Shown: positions 37,117 to 46,884 of the stretch, piece by piece
Layout of the letters: each line of letters begins with the position of its first letter
How positions within the stretch are numbered: the stretch's first letter is position 1
Position numbers and translations under genes: made by a program
Assembly: GCA_004028765.1 (NCBI GenBank)
Contig: SAIX01000038.1
Coordinates: 6,507-70,506, forward strand
Direction: 5' to 3'
DNA: 64,000 nt
DNA from: Chitinophagaceae bacterium
GTDB taxonomy: Bacteria > Bacteroidota > Bacteroidia > Chitinophagales > Chitinophagaceae
Notes under the pieces: model-generated
Seen by the model: only the letters and a program-made list of their open reading frames with translations
The model's database searches: none
What the model was told of the DNA's origin: nothing

Positions 37117-37767
37117 TCATCCCTTCTTCAACTTATTCTTAAACACTTTTTCAAACTTCTCCACCTTGGGTTGTATCACAAACCGGCAGTATCCCTGGCC
37201 TGGGTTATCGTTGTAATAATTCTGGTGATAGTTTTCAGCCGGATAGAAATTTTTAAATGGCTCAATCGTTGTTACAATAGGTTTATCCCAGGCACCGCTT
37301 TTATCGAGTTTGGCTTTGTACTCCTCGGCTTTGCGGCGCTGTTCTTCATTGTGGTAAAATACCACGCTGCGGTATTGGGGGCCAACATCATTGCCCTGGC
37401 GGTTCATCGTGGTAGGGTCATGGGTTTTCCAGAATACCTCGAGCAATTCATCATAGCTGATCTTTTTGGGATCATAGATAATACGTGCCAGTTCGGCGTG
37501 ACCGGTATTTTTATCACACACTTCTTCATAGGTCGGGTTTTCCACATGCCCGCCGCCGTAGCCGCTCACTACTTTGTATACCCCATCTAGTCTTTGAAAA
37601 AAAGCTTCGGTGCACCAGAAACAGCCTTCCCCAAAAGTGGCTGTATCGGTATGTACCCCTGCGGGGATGTTTTCTTGATTCATCATAGCTAAATTCTTTT
37701 CTTTTTTAGGTTGTGCGCAGGCTGTGAAAGCAGCACATACCAGGATTGCCGGCAACCAGGTTCGCAT
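37117..37767 (-). CDS. msrA: Peptide-methionine (S)-S-oxide reductase, lipoprotein
   Basis: GEGCFWC, SGYGGG, GHAE, HDPT, AENYHQNYY; lipobox FTA-C. Confidence 0.95.
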   Translation of the reverse strand: MRTWLPAILVCAAFTACAQPKKEKNLAMMNQENIPAGVHTDTATFGEGCFWCTEAFFQRLDGVYKVVSGYGGGHVENPTYEEVCDKNTGHAELARIIYDPKKISYDELLEVFWKTHDPTTMNRQGNDVGPQYRSVVFYHNEEQRRKAEEYKAKLDKSGAWDKPIVTTIEPFKNFYPAENYHQNYYNDNPGQGYCRFVIQPKVEKFEKVFKNKLKKG

Positions 37768-37788
37768 TGCAAAATGTTTTTCTAAAAT

Positions 37789-37813
37789 TACGGTAATGAT
37801 TTACAAACAGATT
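37789..37813 (-). promoter_or_regulatory. Near-match ECF-like promoter AATCT-N16-CGTA upstream of msrA
   Basis: Minus strand: AATCT (37813-37809), 16 nt, CGTA (37792-37789), 21 nt before the ATG. One mismatch to the motif. Confidence 0.5.
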
Positions 37814-37870
37814 GACGCAGGAAAAGTTTACACCTTACAATCACTTCTTTGCCACTTCTGAATTAACAGT

Positions 37871-38659
37871 TTATTGAGGATTGCCGGTTTGTTTTGAAGC
37901 GATAAAACCCGCCACATCCACCATTGGTGCGATCCAGATATCTTTTTCCATCTGTTTCAGGTAGGCCAGCAGTTTGGTATGCTCACCGCGGTTTACGTTC
38001 AGGTTGTGCCCGCCACCAACACCATGAAATAAAAATACGAGCAGGGTATGTGTCTGCATCGCTTTCTGTACCAGCCCGATCATATAATTCGCATCCTGCC
38101 CGTTAATGCTGTAACAGTTCAGGTTGGAGAGATCGGCGCTTTGCGGCGTAGGCATACCGGCACTGACCCCTCTTGCAGCCACAAAATCTTTTCTCATCGG
38201 CTCATAATAATTCATACCACCAATGGTTCTGTCGCCACAGGGAAATGCAAAAGTTCTTTGCTTTCTCCCATCGATCGATTCCAGTAAAGTATTGGTAAGC
38301 CTTGTTTCTGCAACAATCCTTGGAAGGGTATAGGTACTGAGGTCGTTTTCCGGTTTTACAAAACTTCTGCCGGGTAAAGTCCCGTCGCAGGGATGAAAAG
38401 AAGTATGGTTACCCAGTTCATGCCCGTGCATAGCGATGGCTTTCCATTCGGGTAATCGTTTTGCCACAGCAGGTGCGGAACCGATCACATAAAAAGTTCC
38501 TTTCAGGCCAAAAGAATCCAGTGCAGGCGCCACATGGTCGATATCAATATCGATCCCGTCATCATAGGTCAATACCACGGCACAGTTTTTACCATTCCAT
38601 TGTGCCTGTGCGGCAGAAACTGCCAGCATCAGTAAAAAACATATCCCTATTTTTTTCAT
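37871..38659 (-). CDS. Secreted polysaccharide deacetylase (CE4/NodB-like)
   Basis: Signal peptide; LTYDDG, HELGNHTSFH, LFHGV. Confidence 0.85.
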   Translation of the reverse strand: MKKIGICFLLMLAVSAAQAQWNGKNCAVVLTYDDGIDIDIDHVAPALDSFGLKGTFYVIGSAPAVAKRLPEWKAIAMHGHELGNHTSFHPCDGTLPGRSFVKPENDLSTYTLPRIVAETRLTNTLLESIDGRKQRTFAFPCGDRTIGGMNYYEPMRKDFVAARGVSAGMPTPQSADLSNLNCYSINGQDANYMIGLVQKAMQTHTLLVFLFHGVGGGHNLNVNRGEHTKLLAYLKQMEKDIWIAPMVDVAGFIASKQTGNPQ

Positions 38660-38668
38660 ACAGTTGTA

Positions 38669-40600
38669 TTAATGATCAGTTCTGAAAGGGGAAGCAGGTA
38701 AGCCATCTTTGTTAGCAAGATTCGCGCCATCCGGGTTATCAGCCCATGCATAACGCACATATTTCGGATCAGCAATAGTATCAGCCCATACCAATACGGT
38801 ATTGTTCTCTATCATGGCTTTTGCCCAAACAAATTTTTTATCTGCACCTGCAATAGCAAAATAAGCCAGTTCTTCACCGTCGGAACTGGTTAAACCGCTA
38901 CCGGTTTCAGTAAAGCGGATTCTTATTTTATTTCCTTCGATAACTGATGATTGATACAAAGGCCCGGAAGCCACCAATTGTTTCTCCCCGTACACCAGTT
39001 TTCGCGCAGCCAATGCCAACCGTTCGCCTACCGGTTTTTTACTGAGTGGATGGATATCATTCCATTCTCCCGCATCAATTGCAACAGCCATCGCCGTATT
39101 GGGAACCGAAAGTGTTTTGAACTGGCTTTCGCGCATCTCTGCCCACTGGCTTTCAGAAGGCAAATACTGCATCTCCATAAAACTGGGTAACTGCACATAC
39201 AAAAAAGGAAGATCGGGTTGCTGGTATTTTTCCCGCCAGTCGTTGATCAATGCAGGTAACAGTTTTGCATAAGCCTCCGGCTGACCTGCATTGGCTTCGC
39301 CCTGGTACCAAACCATACCGGTAACAGGATAAGGTATCAGCGGGGCGATCATTGCATTGAACAAGGCGGTTGGTTGGTTTTGCAGGGCCGGCATTCCAGG
39401 TTCACCATTATTAACCGGTACGAATACATCGCCCACTTTGTATTGCCATTCTCCTTTAAGGTCGATGGTTTGTCCGGCTACTGTAAGAGAATAATTTTTA
39501 TCCGGTACAAATCCGCCTTTTCCTGCGGTATTCGTAACTCGCACAACGATCAGGTTTTTTCCTTCTTTCAAAACGCCTTCCGGGATATTGTATCGCCGTG
39601 GCGGATATTGATAGGTAATATTTCCTACAGGCAGGCCATTTATATAAGCCTGGTCTGCATCCACGATTCTTCCGAGAAAAAGTTTGGCAGATTGTCCCGC
39701 TGCAGCTGTAGGCAAAACAATTTCTTTCCTGTACCAAACCACACCGTTCAGTCCGTGTATGCCCTGGTCGGCCCAGTAACCGGGTACGATAATATTTTTC
39801 CAGGCTTTGGGCTGATAGGATGGGTCGTACCATTTCTTTTCGCCAATCAAACCTTTATCGGTTTCTTTTCGCGGCGCCCGGTTTGCCTGGGCAAGCGCTG
39901 CCTTTCTTGCCTGGCCATTCACAAATGCCGTATCCTTAAATCTTTCGATCGATTTAAGAAGGTCAGGAAAACCCTGCAAACCTTCTGCACTGGTCCATGC
40001 TTCTACCGGTGTGCCGCCAACACTGGCGTTGATAATACCCACAGGTACTTTTTGTGTGAGATAAACCTGTTTGGCAAAAAACCAGGAAACGGCTCCGAAG
40101 CCGAGAACATTTTTGGGAGATGCCGGCTGCCATTGACTTTTGGGAAGATCCTCATGTGTTTTCACCGGATCGGCCAGTGTGGGAATAAAAAAATTCCTGA
40201 TTTTCGGATAGTCAGCTGCGGCAATTTCATCGGGATATTTTTCTTTTACACGCTCCATGTTCAAAACCATGTTCGACTGGCCGGAACACAACCATACATC
40301 GCCCACAAGAATATCTTTAATCGTGACCTGATTACTTGCACTAATCTCCATCGTATAGGGGCCGCCTGCTTGCATAGGGGGAAGACTGATCTGCCATTTC
40401 CCGGAACTATCGGCCTGGGTACGATAAATGGTATTATTGAAACGGATGCTGATCTTTTCGTTCTTCGCGGCCCAGCCCCAGATTTTCAAAGGGCGGTTTC
40501 TTTGCAATACCATCCCGTCGCTGATGAGTTGCGGCAAACAAACCTGCGCCCGGAGAGAAACCGTACAAGCTATTGCAATCAAGAAGCAAATCGTACGCAT
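38669..40600 (-). CDS. Sialate O-acetylesterase-family (SASA) protein with an inserted sugar-binding domain
   Basis: SDGMVLQR, GDVWLCSGQSNM, GGTPVEAW, WYQGEAN, WNDIHP, VRYAWADNP. Start moved to 40600. Confidence 0.88.
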   Translation of the reverse strand: MRTICFLIAIACTVSLRAQVCLPQLISDGMVLQRNRPLKIWGWAAKNEKISIRFNNTIYRTQADSSGKWQISLPPMQAGGPYTMEISASNQVTIKDILVGDVWLCSGQSNMVLNMERVKEKYPDEIAAADYPKIRNFFIPTLADPVKTHEDLPKSQWQPASPKNVLGFGAVSWFFAKQVYLTQKVPVGIINASVGGTPVEAWTSAEGLQGFPDLLKSIERFKDTAFVNGQARKAALAQANRAPRKETDKGLIGEKKWYDPSYQPKAWKNIIVPGYWADQGIHGLNGVVWYRKEIVLPTAAAGQSAKLFLGRIVDADQAYINGLPVGNITYQYPPRRYNIPEGVLKEGKNLIVVRVTNTAGKGGFVPDKNYSLTVAGQTIDLKGEWQYKVGDVFVPVNNGEPGMPALQNQPTALFNAMIAPLIPYPVTGMVWYQGEANAGQPEAYAKLLPALINDWREKYQQPDLPFLYVQLPSFMEMQYLPSESQWAEMRESQFKTLSVPNTAMAVAIDAGEWNDIHPLSKKPVGERLALAARKLVYGEKQLVASGPLYQSSVIEGNKIRIRFTETGSGLTSSDGEELAYFAIAGADKKFVWAKAMIENNTVLVWADTIADPKYVRYAWADNPDGANLANKDGLPASPFRTDH

Positions 40601-40731
40601 ACTCTTAATTTGTACCAATATCCGTTTTTTTATTGATGTTGCAATCGGTTGCATCACGGGCACGGGACTGCATATTTCTTTGCAGGAAGAAAGAAGTCTG
40701 CCATTACCTTTGCTGGTCTCAAAAAAACAGG

Positions 40732-42846
40732 ATGCGTTTATATCCCGAATCGGCACTATCCCAACTGGAATTCGATAAGGTAAAAAACCTGCTGAAAGAA
40801 CATGCCCGTACAGAATATGGAAAAAACAAAGCAGCGGAACTGCGGATCCATACCAGGAAGGAATATATCCAGCTTGAACTGCAGCAAAGCCATGAATACA
40901 AACTGATCCTTCAACAGGGGCAATATTTTCCCAACGATTTTTCACACAATATCAGCCGTGATATCAAACTGCTCTCTATTCCCGGCGCCATGCTGGGCGG
41001 GGAGCAATGGTTGCCTGTTCGCAGGCTTGCAGAAAACACGAGTAATATTTTCCGCTGGTTTGATGCGGAGAGAAGAGAGGCTTTCCCGGCTTTGGCAAAG
41101 GTGATCGAAGGATCTTACTATGAAAAAAATATCATTGCGCTCATCGATGAAGTGCTGGATGAAAGCGGGAATGTAAAAGACAATGCCTCCGAAGCTTTGC
41201 AAAAAATACGGATGAGTCTTTTCCGCAAGCGGAACGAATTACGCCGTGTTTTTGAACGCGTGGTGGCCAAACTGAACAAAGCAGGGTACAGCGCCGATAT
41301 CGAAGAGAGTTTCAGCAATGGCAGGAGGGTGGTAGCTGTTTTTTCAGAGCACAAACGGCAGGTAAAAGGGATTTTACATGGAGAAAGCGACAGCCGGAAA
41401 ACCGCATTCATTGAACCGGAAGAAACCATCGACCTCAATAACGATGTATTCGCACTGGAACACGAAGAAAGCCGGGAAGTACAGCGCATACTCCGCGAAC
41501 TAACTGCCAGGATATCTGTGTATGCTTCGCTTTTAAAACAATACCTCGATATCGCCGGTGAATATGATTTTATTCATGCCAAGGCTAAACTGGCTCTTGA
41601 TATGAACGGGCAACTACCCGAACTGGCCGACCGTGCCCATGTGGAACTGGTTGACGCATATCATCCATTACTGCTCTTATACAATAAAACAGCCGGAAAG
41701 AAAACGATTCCCGTTACACTTACACTTGATGACAAAAACCGCATACTCGTGATCAGCGGCCCCAATGCAGGTGGTAAAACGGTAACGATGAAAACCATCG
41801 GCCTTAACCAGCTTATGCTGCAAAGCGGGTTGCTTGTGCCCGTAAGTCCGCTTTCACAGATGGGGATTTTCAAACAGCTGTTTATCCATATCGGCGATAC
41901 GCAGAACCTTGAATTTGAATTGAGCACTTACAGCAGTCACCTGCTGCACATGAAATATTTTATCGAAACCGCCAACGGTAAAACACTGTTCTTTATTGAT
42001 GAGCTGGGCAGTGGCAGTGACCCCAATCTCGGCGGTGCTTTTGCGGAAGTGATCATGGAAGAACTGTCGCGGCGCCATTCATTTGGCATCGTCACCACAC
42101 ATTACCTGAACCTGAAAGTGATGGCCAACCATACGCAGGGCATCATTAACGGGGCCATGCAGTTTGATGAAGTGCACCTGCAACCGATGTACAAACTCAT
42201 TGTAGGTAAACCCGGTAGCTCTTACACATTCGCGATTGCGGAAAGGATCGGTTTGCCACAACACCTTATCAACCGCGCGCGCAAACTGGTGGACGATGAC
42301 CATTTTAAGCTCGACCGTTTACTGAATAGCACCGAACAGGACCTGCAGCAACTCCAGAAAGAAAAAAAGGAACTGGCGAAACTGGTAAAAGAGAACGAGA
42401 AACTGAAAAAAGAAATGGAAATCGTTCTCGATCGAGAGCGGCACCGGCAGCAGGTGGAATTGTTAAAACAGCAGAACCGGATCGCGGAAGAGCGGTTGGC
42501 CTATCTGAAGGATATGGAGCGCAAACTGAAACAGGTAGTGCTTGACTGGAAAAAAACGGAAGACAAACAACAGGTCATCAAAAACTTGAAAGACCTTTTG
42601 TTCAAACGGAAAGAAGAGATCGTTGTGAACAAACTGGCCAAAAAAGTGGACCAGAAATATAAAGAGCTAAACCAGGCGATTGAAGTGGGGTCACTGGTAA
42701 AACTCAAAAAAAATTACCAGGTAGGCGAGGTAAAAGAGATCCGCGGAAAAAGAGCCATTGTACAGATAGGCCTGCTCCCGATGAATGTGGATATTGCAGA
42801 TCTCATCTCCGTAGAGAAGCTGCCGGAGCCGCAAAAAGAAAAATAA
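40732..42846 (+). CDS. mutS2: MutS2-family ATPase lacking the C-terminal Smr domain
   Basis: LEFDKVK, ISGPNAGGKTV, STYSSHL, IDELGSGSDP, TTHY, GKPGSSY; ends after a KOW-like segment. Start moved to 40732; TACCTTTG at 40705-40712. Confidence 0.9.
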   Translation: MRLYPESALSQLEFDKVKNLLKEHARTEYGKNKAAELRIHTRKEYIQLELQQSHEYKLILQQGQYFPNDFSHNISRDIKLLSIPGAMLGGEQWLPVRRLAENTSNIFRWFDAERREAFPALAKVIEGSYYEKNIIALIDEVLDESGNVKDNASEALQKIRMSLFRKRNELRRVFERVVAKLNKAGYSADIEESFSNGRRVVAVFSEHKRQVKGILHGESDSRKTAFIEPEETIDLNNDVFALEHEESREVQRILRELTARISVYASLLKQYLDIAGEYDFIHAKAKLALDMNGQLPELADRAHVELVDAYHPLLLLYNKTAGKKTIPVTLTLDDKNRILVISGPNAGGKTVTMKTIGLNQLMLQSGLLVPVSPLSQMGIFKQLFIHIGDTQNLEFELSTYSSHLLHMKYFIETANGKTLFFIDELGSGSDPNLGGAFAEVIMEELSRRHSFGIVTTHYLNLKVMANHTQGIINGAMQFDEVHLQPMYKLIVGKPGSSYTFAIAERIGLPQHLINRARKLVDDDHFKLDRLLNSTEQDLQQLQKEKKELAKLVKENEKLKKEMEIVLDRERHRQQVELLKQQNRIAEERLAYLKDMERKLKQVVLDWKKTEDKQQVIKNLKDLLFKRKEEIVVNKLAKKVDQKYKELNQAIEVGSLVKLKKNYQVGEVKEIRGKRAIVQIGLLPMNVDIADLISVEKLPEPQKEK

Positions 42847-43010
42847 ATACCACAAGTAGTTCCCTTCTGTTATTTACAAAAAAAACTAAAACAGCCGAAA
42901 AGCCCGCCATCACTGCTTTTCAGCGGGTTGGCGCAAGCTGTTTTGTACAAATTTCCCTGTTCCCGATTCTTTTTTTGGTAGATACAGCGCCACACTATTA
43001 TTTTGCACCC

Positions 43011-43098
<88 letters not shown>

Positions 43099-43128
43099 GG
43101 CCCACATGGTTGATCTGTGGGCTTTTTT
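43099..43128. terminator. Terminator between tRNA-Ser and the serine hydrolase
   Basis: GGCCCACA..TGTGGGCT followed by a T-run. Confidence 0.7.
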
Positions 43129-43147
43129 ATTTGCGGGAGTCATTCAT

Positions 43148-44239
43148 TTATTTCAATGTTTCATCAACCAGTGCTTTCAGCTCCTTGTATCGCGCATTGC
43201 GGCCATCATTTTTCAGGTAAAAGGTCATAAGAAATGCCGCATATTTTTTTTCATTGTCCACCCAGGGGAAACTTCCGAATAAACCAGGACTGGTAACCGC
43301 CTTGCTCAGTTGGGTAAGAGAGGAGGTTTCCATCACCCATTCGCCAAAACCATAACCGAAATCACCGGCTTCTGCCGGAGAGTACGCTACTTTTACGTCT
43401 TTCGTGATATGGTTCACCTGCATATCGGCAACACTTTGTTCACTCAAAACTCTTTTGCCATTAAAAACCCCTTTGTTCAGAATCATCACCAGGAAATTCA
43501 GGTAATCTTCCGGGGTACTGCTGGCGCCGCCTGCAGGTAAAGCCACTTCACCTTTGCCGAAATCGGTGTTCTTCATCTGCAAGGGTTTGGCGATCCTTTC
43601 TGCAAACAATTGTTCAAACGATTTGCCGCTGATCTTTTCGATCACTGCACCTGCTATCTGCAAGCCTGTATTGCTATAGCGAAAAACCTTACCGGGTTCG
43701 CCTTCCATCGGGTAGCCTGCAATCGTATTGATCGCTTCATCCATGCTGTGGATATTCCGCATTTCGGTAAGGCTTTCTTTCAGGTCGGGCGATTTGATGG
43801 CTGTACGGTGCGACAAGCACTGTTCAACCGTGATCCCGCCTTTTCCATTCTTTGATAAAACGGGAAGGTATTTTCCGACCGTGTCCGTGAGTTTTAGTTT
43901 TCCTTCATCTGCAAATGTCATTACCAGTGCGGCACTCAGCCACTTGCTGCAACTGGCGATCATCTGTCTTGTATTATTGGTATAATCATCCGTATTGGCA
44001 TCTTTGCCCATGCGCTTCGCGATGAATTTGCCGATCAGTTTCTGCCTGCGGGTCAGATCATTTTCTGCGTGGGAATAGATCATCTTACCATCTTTATAAA
44101 TCACTAAAATAGCCCGTCCGCCCATCTTGCCGGCGTTGTCTTCGAGCCATTGGTCCAGTTTTTTAAAATCACCCTGTGCAAAAAGAACAGAAGCACAAAG
44201 CAGGAAATAAAAGCAAATACTGATTTTTTTCATAACCAT
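43148..44239 (-). CDS. Serine hydrolase, beta-lactamase class C-like family, secreted
   Basis: SCSK (SxxK), LSHRT, FRYSN, PAGG, SPGLFG. Confidence 0.88.
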   Translation of the reverse strand: MVMKKISICFYFLLCASVLFAQGDFKKLDQWLEDNAGKMGGRAILVIYKDGKMIYSHAENDLTRRQKLIGKFIAKRMGKDANTDDYTNNTRQMIASCSKWLSAALVMTFADEGKLKLTDTVGKYLPVLSKNGKGGITVEQCLSHRTAIKSPDLKESLTEMRNIHSMDEAINTIAGYPMEGEPGKVFRYSNTGLQIAGAVIEKISGKSFEQLFAERIAKPLQMKNTDFGKGEVALPAGGASSTPEDYLNFLVMILNKGVFNGKRVLSEQSVADMQVNHITKDVKVAYSPAEAGDFGYGFGEWVMETSSLTQLSKAVTSPGLFGSFPWVDNEKKYAAFLMTFYLKNDGRNARYKELKALVDETLK

Positions 44240-44399
44240 GATTTCAGTTTAAAGATACTGGCTCATTGATTCAAAAACCAGGCCAGCGGCAGTAATCACG
44301 GGGTTCTGTCATTGATTTGTCAAAATGTAACATCCCATCCAAACACTAACATTTATCATATTTTACCCCTTTCCTACAAAATAATTTTGTGCTGTTAAA

Positions 44400-45773
44400 A
44401 TGCATCCCATGAACAGCGCCCCACTCAACCTGCTGCGGAAATATGATGTTCCCACCCCGCGTTATACCAGTTATCCAACCGTTCCCTATTGGGATTTTAC
44501 TACTCTTTCCGTTACTGCATGGAAGGAAAAAATAGTGGATACATTCCTTGCGGAAAACGGGGAACTCTGCATTTATGTACACCTTCCTTTCTGTGAGAAT
44601 ATGTGTACTTTCTGTGCCTGCACCAAACGCATTACCATAAATCATGCAGTAGAAGACCCGTATATCAGTACCGTATTAAAAGAATGGAAAATGTACCGTG
44701 ATCTTTTACCACAAAAGCCAGTGATCCGTGAAATTCATCTTGGCGGAGGCACGCCTACTTTTTTTAGCCCCGATAATCTTGTACGGCTGATCAATGGACT
44801 AACCAGCGATGCCATTGTTCCCGAAGACCATGAATTCAGCATTGAAGTGCATCCCAATTTTACCACCGAAGCGCATATCGAAGTGCTGGCAGGGGTGGGG
44901 TTTAACCGCATCAGTCTTGGAGTACAGGATTTTGATCCGCGCGTACAGTTTGTAATCAATCGTAACCAGACCTATGAAACCACCAGAGAAGTGGTTGACT
45001 GGGCAAGAAAATACGGGTACCGCAGCATCAATATCGACCTGGTGTATGGCTTGCCGCATCAAACAGTTGCGAGTGTGGAACATACGGTAGAACTGGTCAA
45101 AGGTTTTATGCCCGACAGGATCGCATTTTATTCTTATGCGCATGTACCATGGAAAAGCAAAGTGCAGCGCCGGTATACTGAAGCCGACCTTCCTGCTGCC
45201 GATGCCAAATGGCAGATGTACCAGCGTGGCCGGCAACTGCTCGAAGAAGCCGGATTTATCAGCATTGGTATGGATCATTTTGCCCTGCAGGATGATAAGC
45301 TGTTTACTGCCGCCAGTGAAGGAAAACTGCACCGGAATTTTATGGGTTATACTACAACCCATTCAAAACTGATCATCGGCCTTGGTGTATCTGGTATCGG
45401 CGATGCATGGACGGCCTTCGCACAAAATGAAAAAGAAGTAGAGGCTTATGAAGAAAAGATCAGGCAGGGCGAATTTCCATTGGTGAATGGACATGTATTG
45501 AATGAAGAAGATATAAGCCTCCGTAAAAAAATCCTTGAACTGATGTGTAAGAACGAAACGGCACTTGATGATCCTGAACTGGATCCTTCTTTTATTGAAG
45601 ATGCATTGGTAAAATTAAGGGCACTTGCTGAAGATGCACTCGTAGAAATGGCTGATCGTAAAATCAATGTTACATGGAAAGGCCGTTCCTTTATCCGGAA
45701 TATCAGTGCAGCATTGGATGCGCAGTTATGGCGCAAAAGAATGGACACCCAAACTTTCAGCAAAGCGATCTAA
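44400..45773 (+). CDS. hemN: Oxygen-independent coproporphyrinogen III oxidase
   Basis: PRYTSYPT, YVHLPFCENMCTFC, HLGGGTPT, RISLGVQDF, HRNFMGY. Confidence 0.95.
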   Translation: MHPMNSAPLNLLRKYDVPTPRYTSYPTVPYWDFTTLSVTAWKEKIVDTFLAENGELCIYVHLPFCENMCTFCACTKRITINHAVEDPYISTVLKEWKMYRDLLPQKPVIREIHLGGGTPTFFSPDNLVRLINGLTSDAIVPEDHEFSIEVHPNFTTEAHIEVLAGVGFNRISLGVQDFDPRVQFVINRNQTYETTREVVDWARKYGYRSINIDLVYGLPHQTVASVEHTVELVKGFMPDRIAFYSYAHVPWKSKVQRRYTEADLPAADAKWQMYQRGRQLLEEAGFISIGMDHFALQDDKLFTAASEGKLHRNFMGYTTTHSKLIIGLGVSGIGDAWTAFAQNEKEVEAYEEKIRQGEFPLVNGHVLNEEDISLRKKILELMCKNETALDDPELDPSFIEDALVKLRALAEDALVEMADRKINVTWKGRSFIRNISAALDAQLWRKRMDTQTFSKAI

Positions 45774-46873
45774 GCACTTTCAGGCTGTGGTTTCACGAAT
45801 ACACTGATCGTTGTACCTTTTCCCGGTTCACTGCTGATATTGAGCCGGCCATTGATAGATATGGCTCTTTCATGGATACTGCTGAGCCCTGAATATTTTT
45901 CACTTTCTTTTATTTCAAAGCCACGGCCGTTATCCTGTATCAAAAGATGAAAGCCATCGCTGGTATTTTCTATGCAAACAGAAGCCTTTGTTGCCTGTGC
46001 ATGGTACATGATATTGCTGAGGGCTTCCTGGCAGATGCGGTAAAAATCGATCTTGATCTCCAGGGGCATGGTGGATTCATCATAATTATGTTCGAAAGAG
46101 CATTTACATCCCGTCATCAATGAAAACTCGCGGCAATGCCATTCGATCGTGGCATTCAGGCCGTGCTCTTCGATCTGGCTCGGGCTGATCGCATAACTGA
46201 TACGGCGGATCGTATTGATCAGCAGGTCAGAAACCACAGAAGCATGTTCGATCCTTTTCAGTGTGGCTTCTGAAAGGCTTTTTTCCTTTAGCCTGATCCA
46301 GTCGATATCCATTTTCACCACAGAAGCCAGTTGCGCCAGTTCTTCATGCAGTTCAGTGGCCAGGTATTTACGATCTTCTTCTATGCTCGTCTTGAAATGA
46401 GTGGCGAGGCCTTTGAATTTTTCAAACTTTTCAAAAATATCTGTTTCGATCTGCTTGCGTGTGCTTACGTCTTTCGCAATCGCAAACACCACTTCTTCAT
46501 CAGGCAGGTAAATAGAGGTCCATTCCAGCCAAACGATACCGCCATCTTTTGTGATATAACGGTTCTCAAAATTCAGGAGTGTTTTCCCTTTCAGTAATTC
46601 CTCCCGCGAGGCCTTTGTTCTTTCTTTGTCTTCGTTATGAATAAAAGTATGGATGGGGCGTGATAATAATTCCTCTTCCGTATAACCCAGTTTCCTGATC
46701 ACGGAATGGTTCACTTTCCGGAGGTAGCCATCTTTACCTGCGATGCAAACGAGATCAGGCGTCTTGTCAAAAAATTCAGATACTTTCAGGTGAAAATCTT
46801 TCACAAACACTTGTTGTTTCTTCCCGATAAAAATAACGGATAGAACGATATAGTACAATCTGAATTTTGACAA
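45770..46873 (-). CDS. PAS-domain sensor histidine kinase (HisKA_3/NarX-like)
   Basis: PAS (LGYTEEELL, IHNEDK, WLEW); LATELHEELAQ; QEALSNIMYHA; DNGRGF. The true start may be the GTG at 46804. Confidence 0.88.
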   Translation of the reverse strand: MSKFRLYYIVLSVIFIGKKQQVFVKDFHLKVSEFFDKTPDLVCIAGKDGYLRKVNHSVIRKLGYTEEELLSRPIHTFIHNEDKERTKASREELLKGKTLLNFENRYITKDGGIVWLEWTSIYLPDEEVVFAIAKDVSTRKQIETDIFEKFEKFKGLATHFKTSIEEDRKYLATELHEELAQLASVVKMDIDWIRLKEKSLSEATLKRIEHASVVSDLLINTIRRISYAISPSQIEEHGLNATIEWHCREFSLMTGCKCSFEHNYDESTMPLEIKIDFYRICQEALSNIMYHAQATKASVCIENTSDGFHLLIQDNGRGFEIKESEKYSGLSSIHERAISINGRLNISSEPGKGTTISVFVKPQPESA

Positions 46874-46884
46874 ACAGGTAAAAT

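Noticed and set aside
44312-44323. FNR box upstream of hemN (TTGAT-TT-GTCAA)
   Set aside because: Half-site spacing is 2 nt instead of 4, and one half-site is imperfect.
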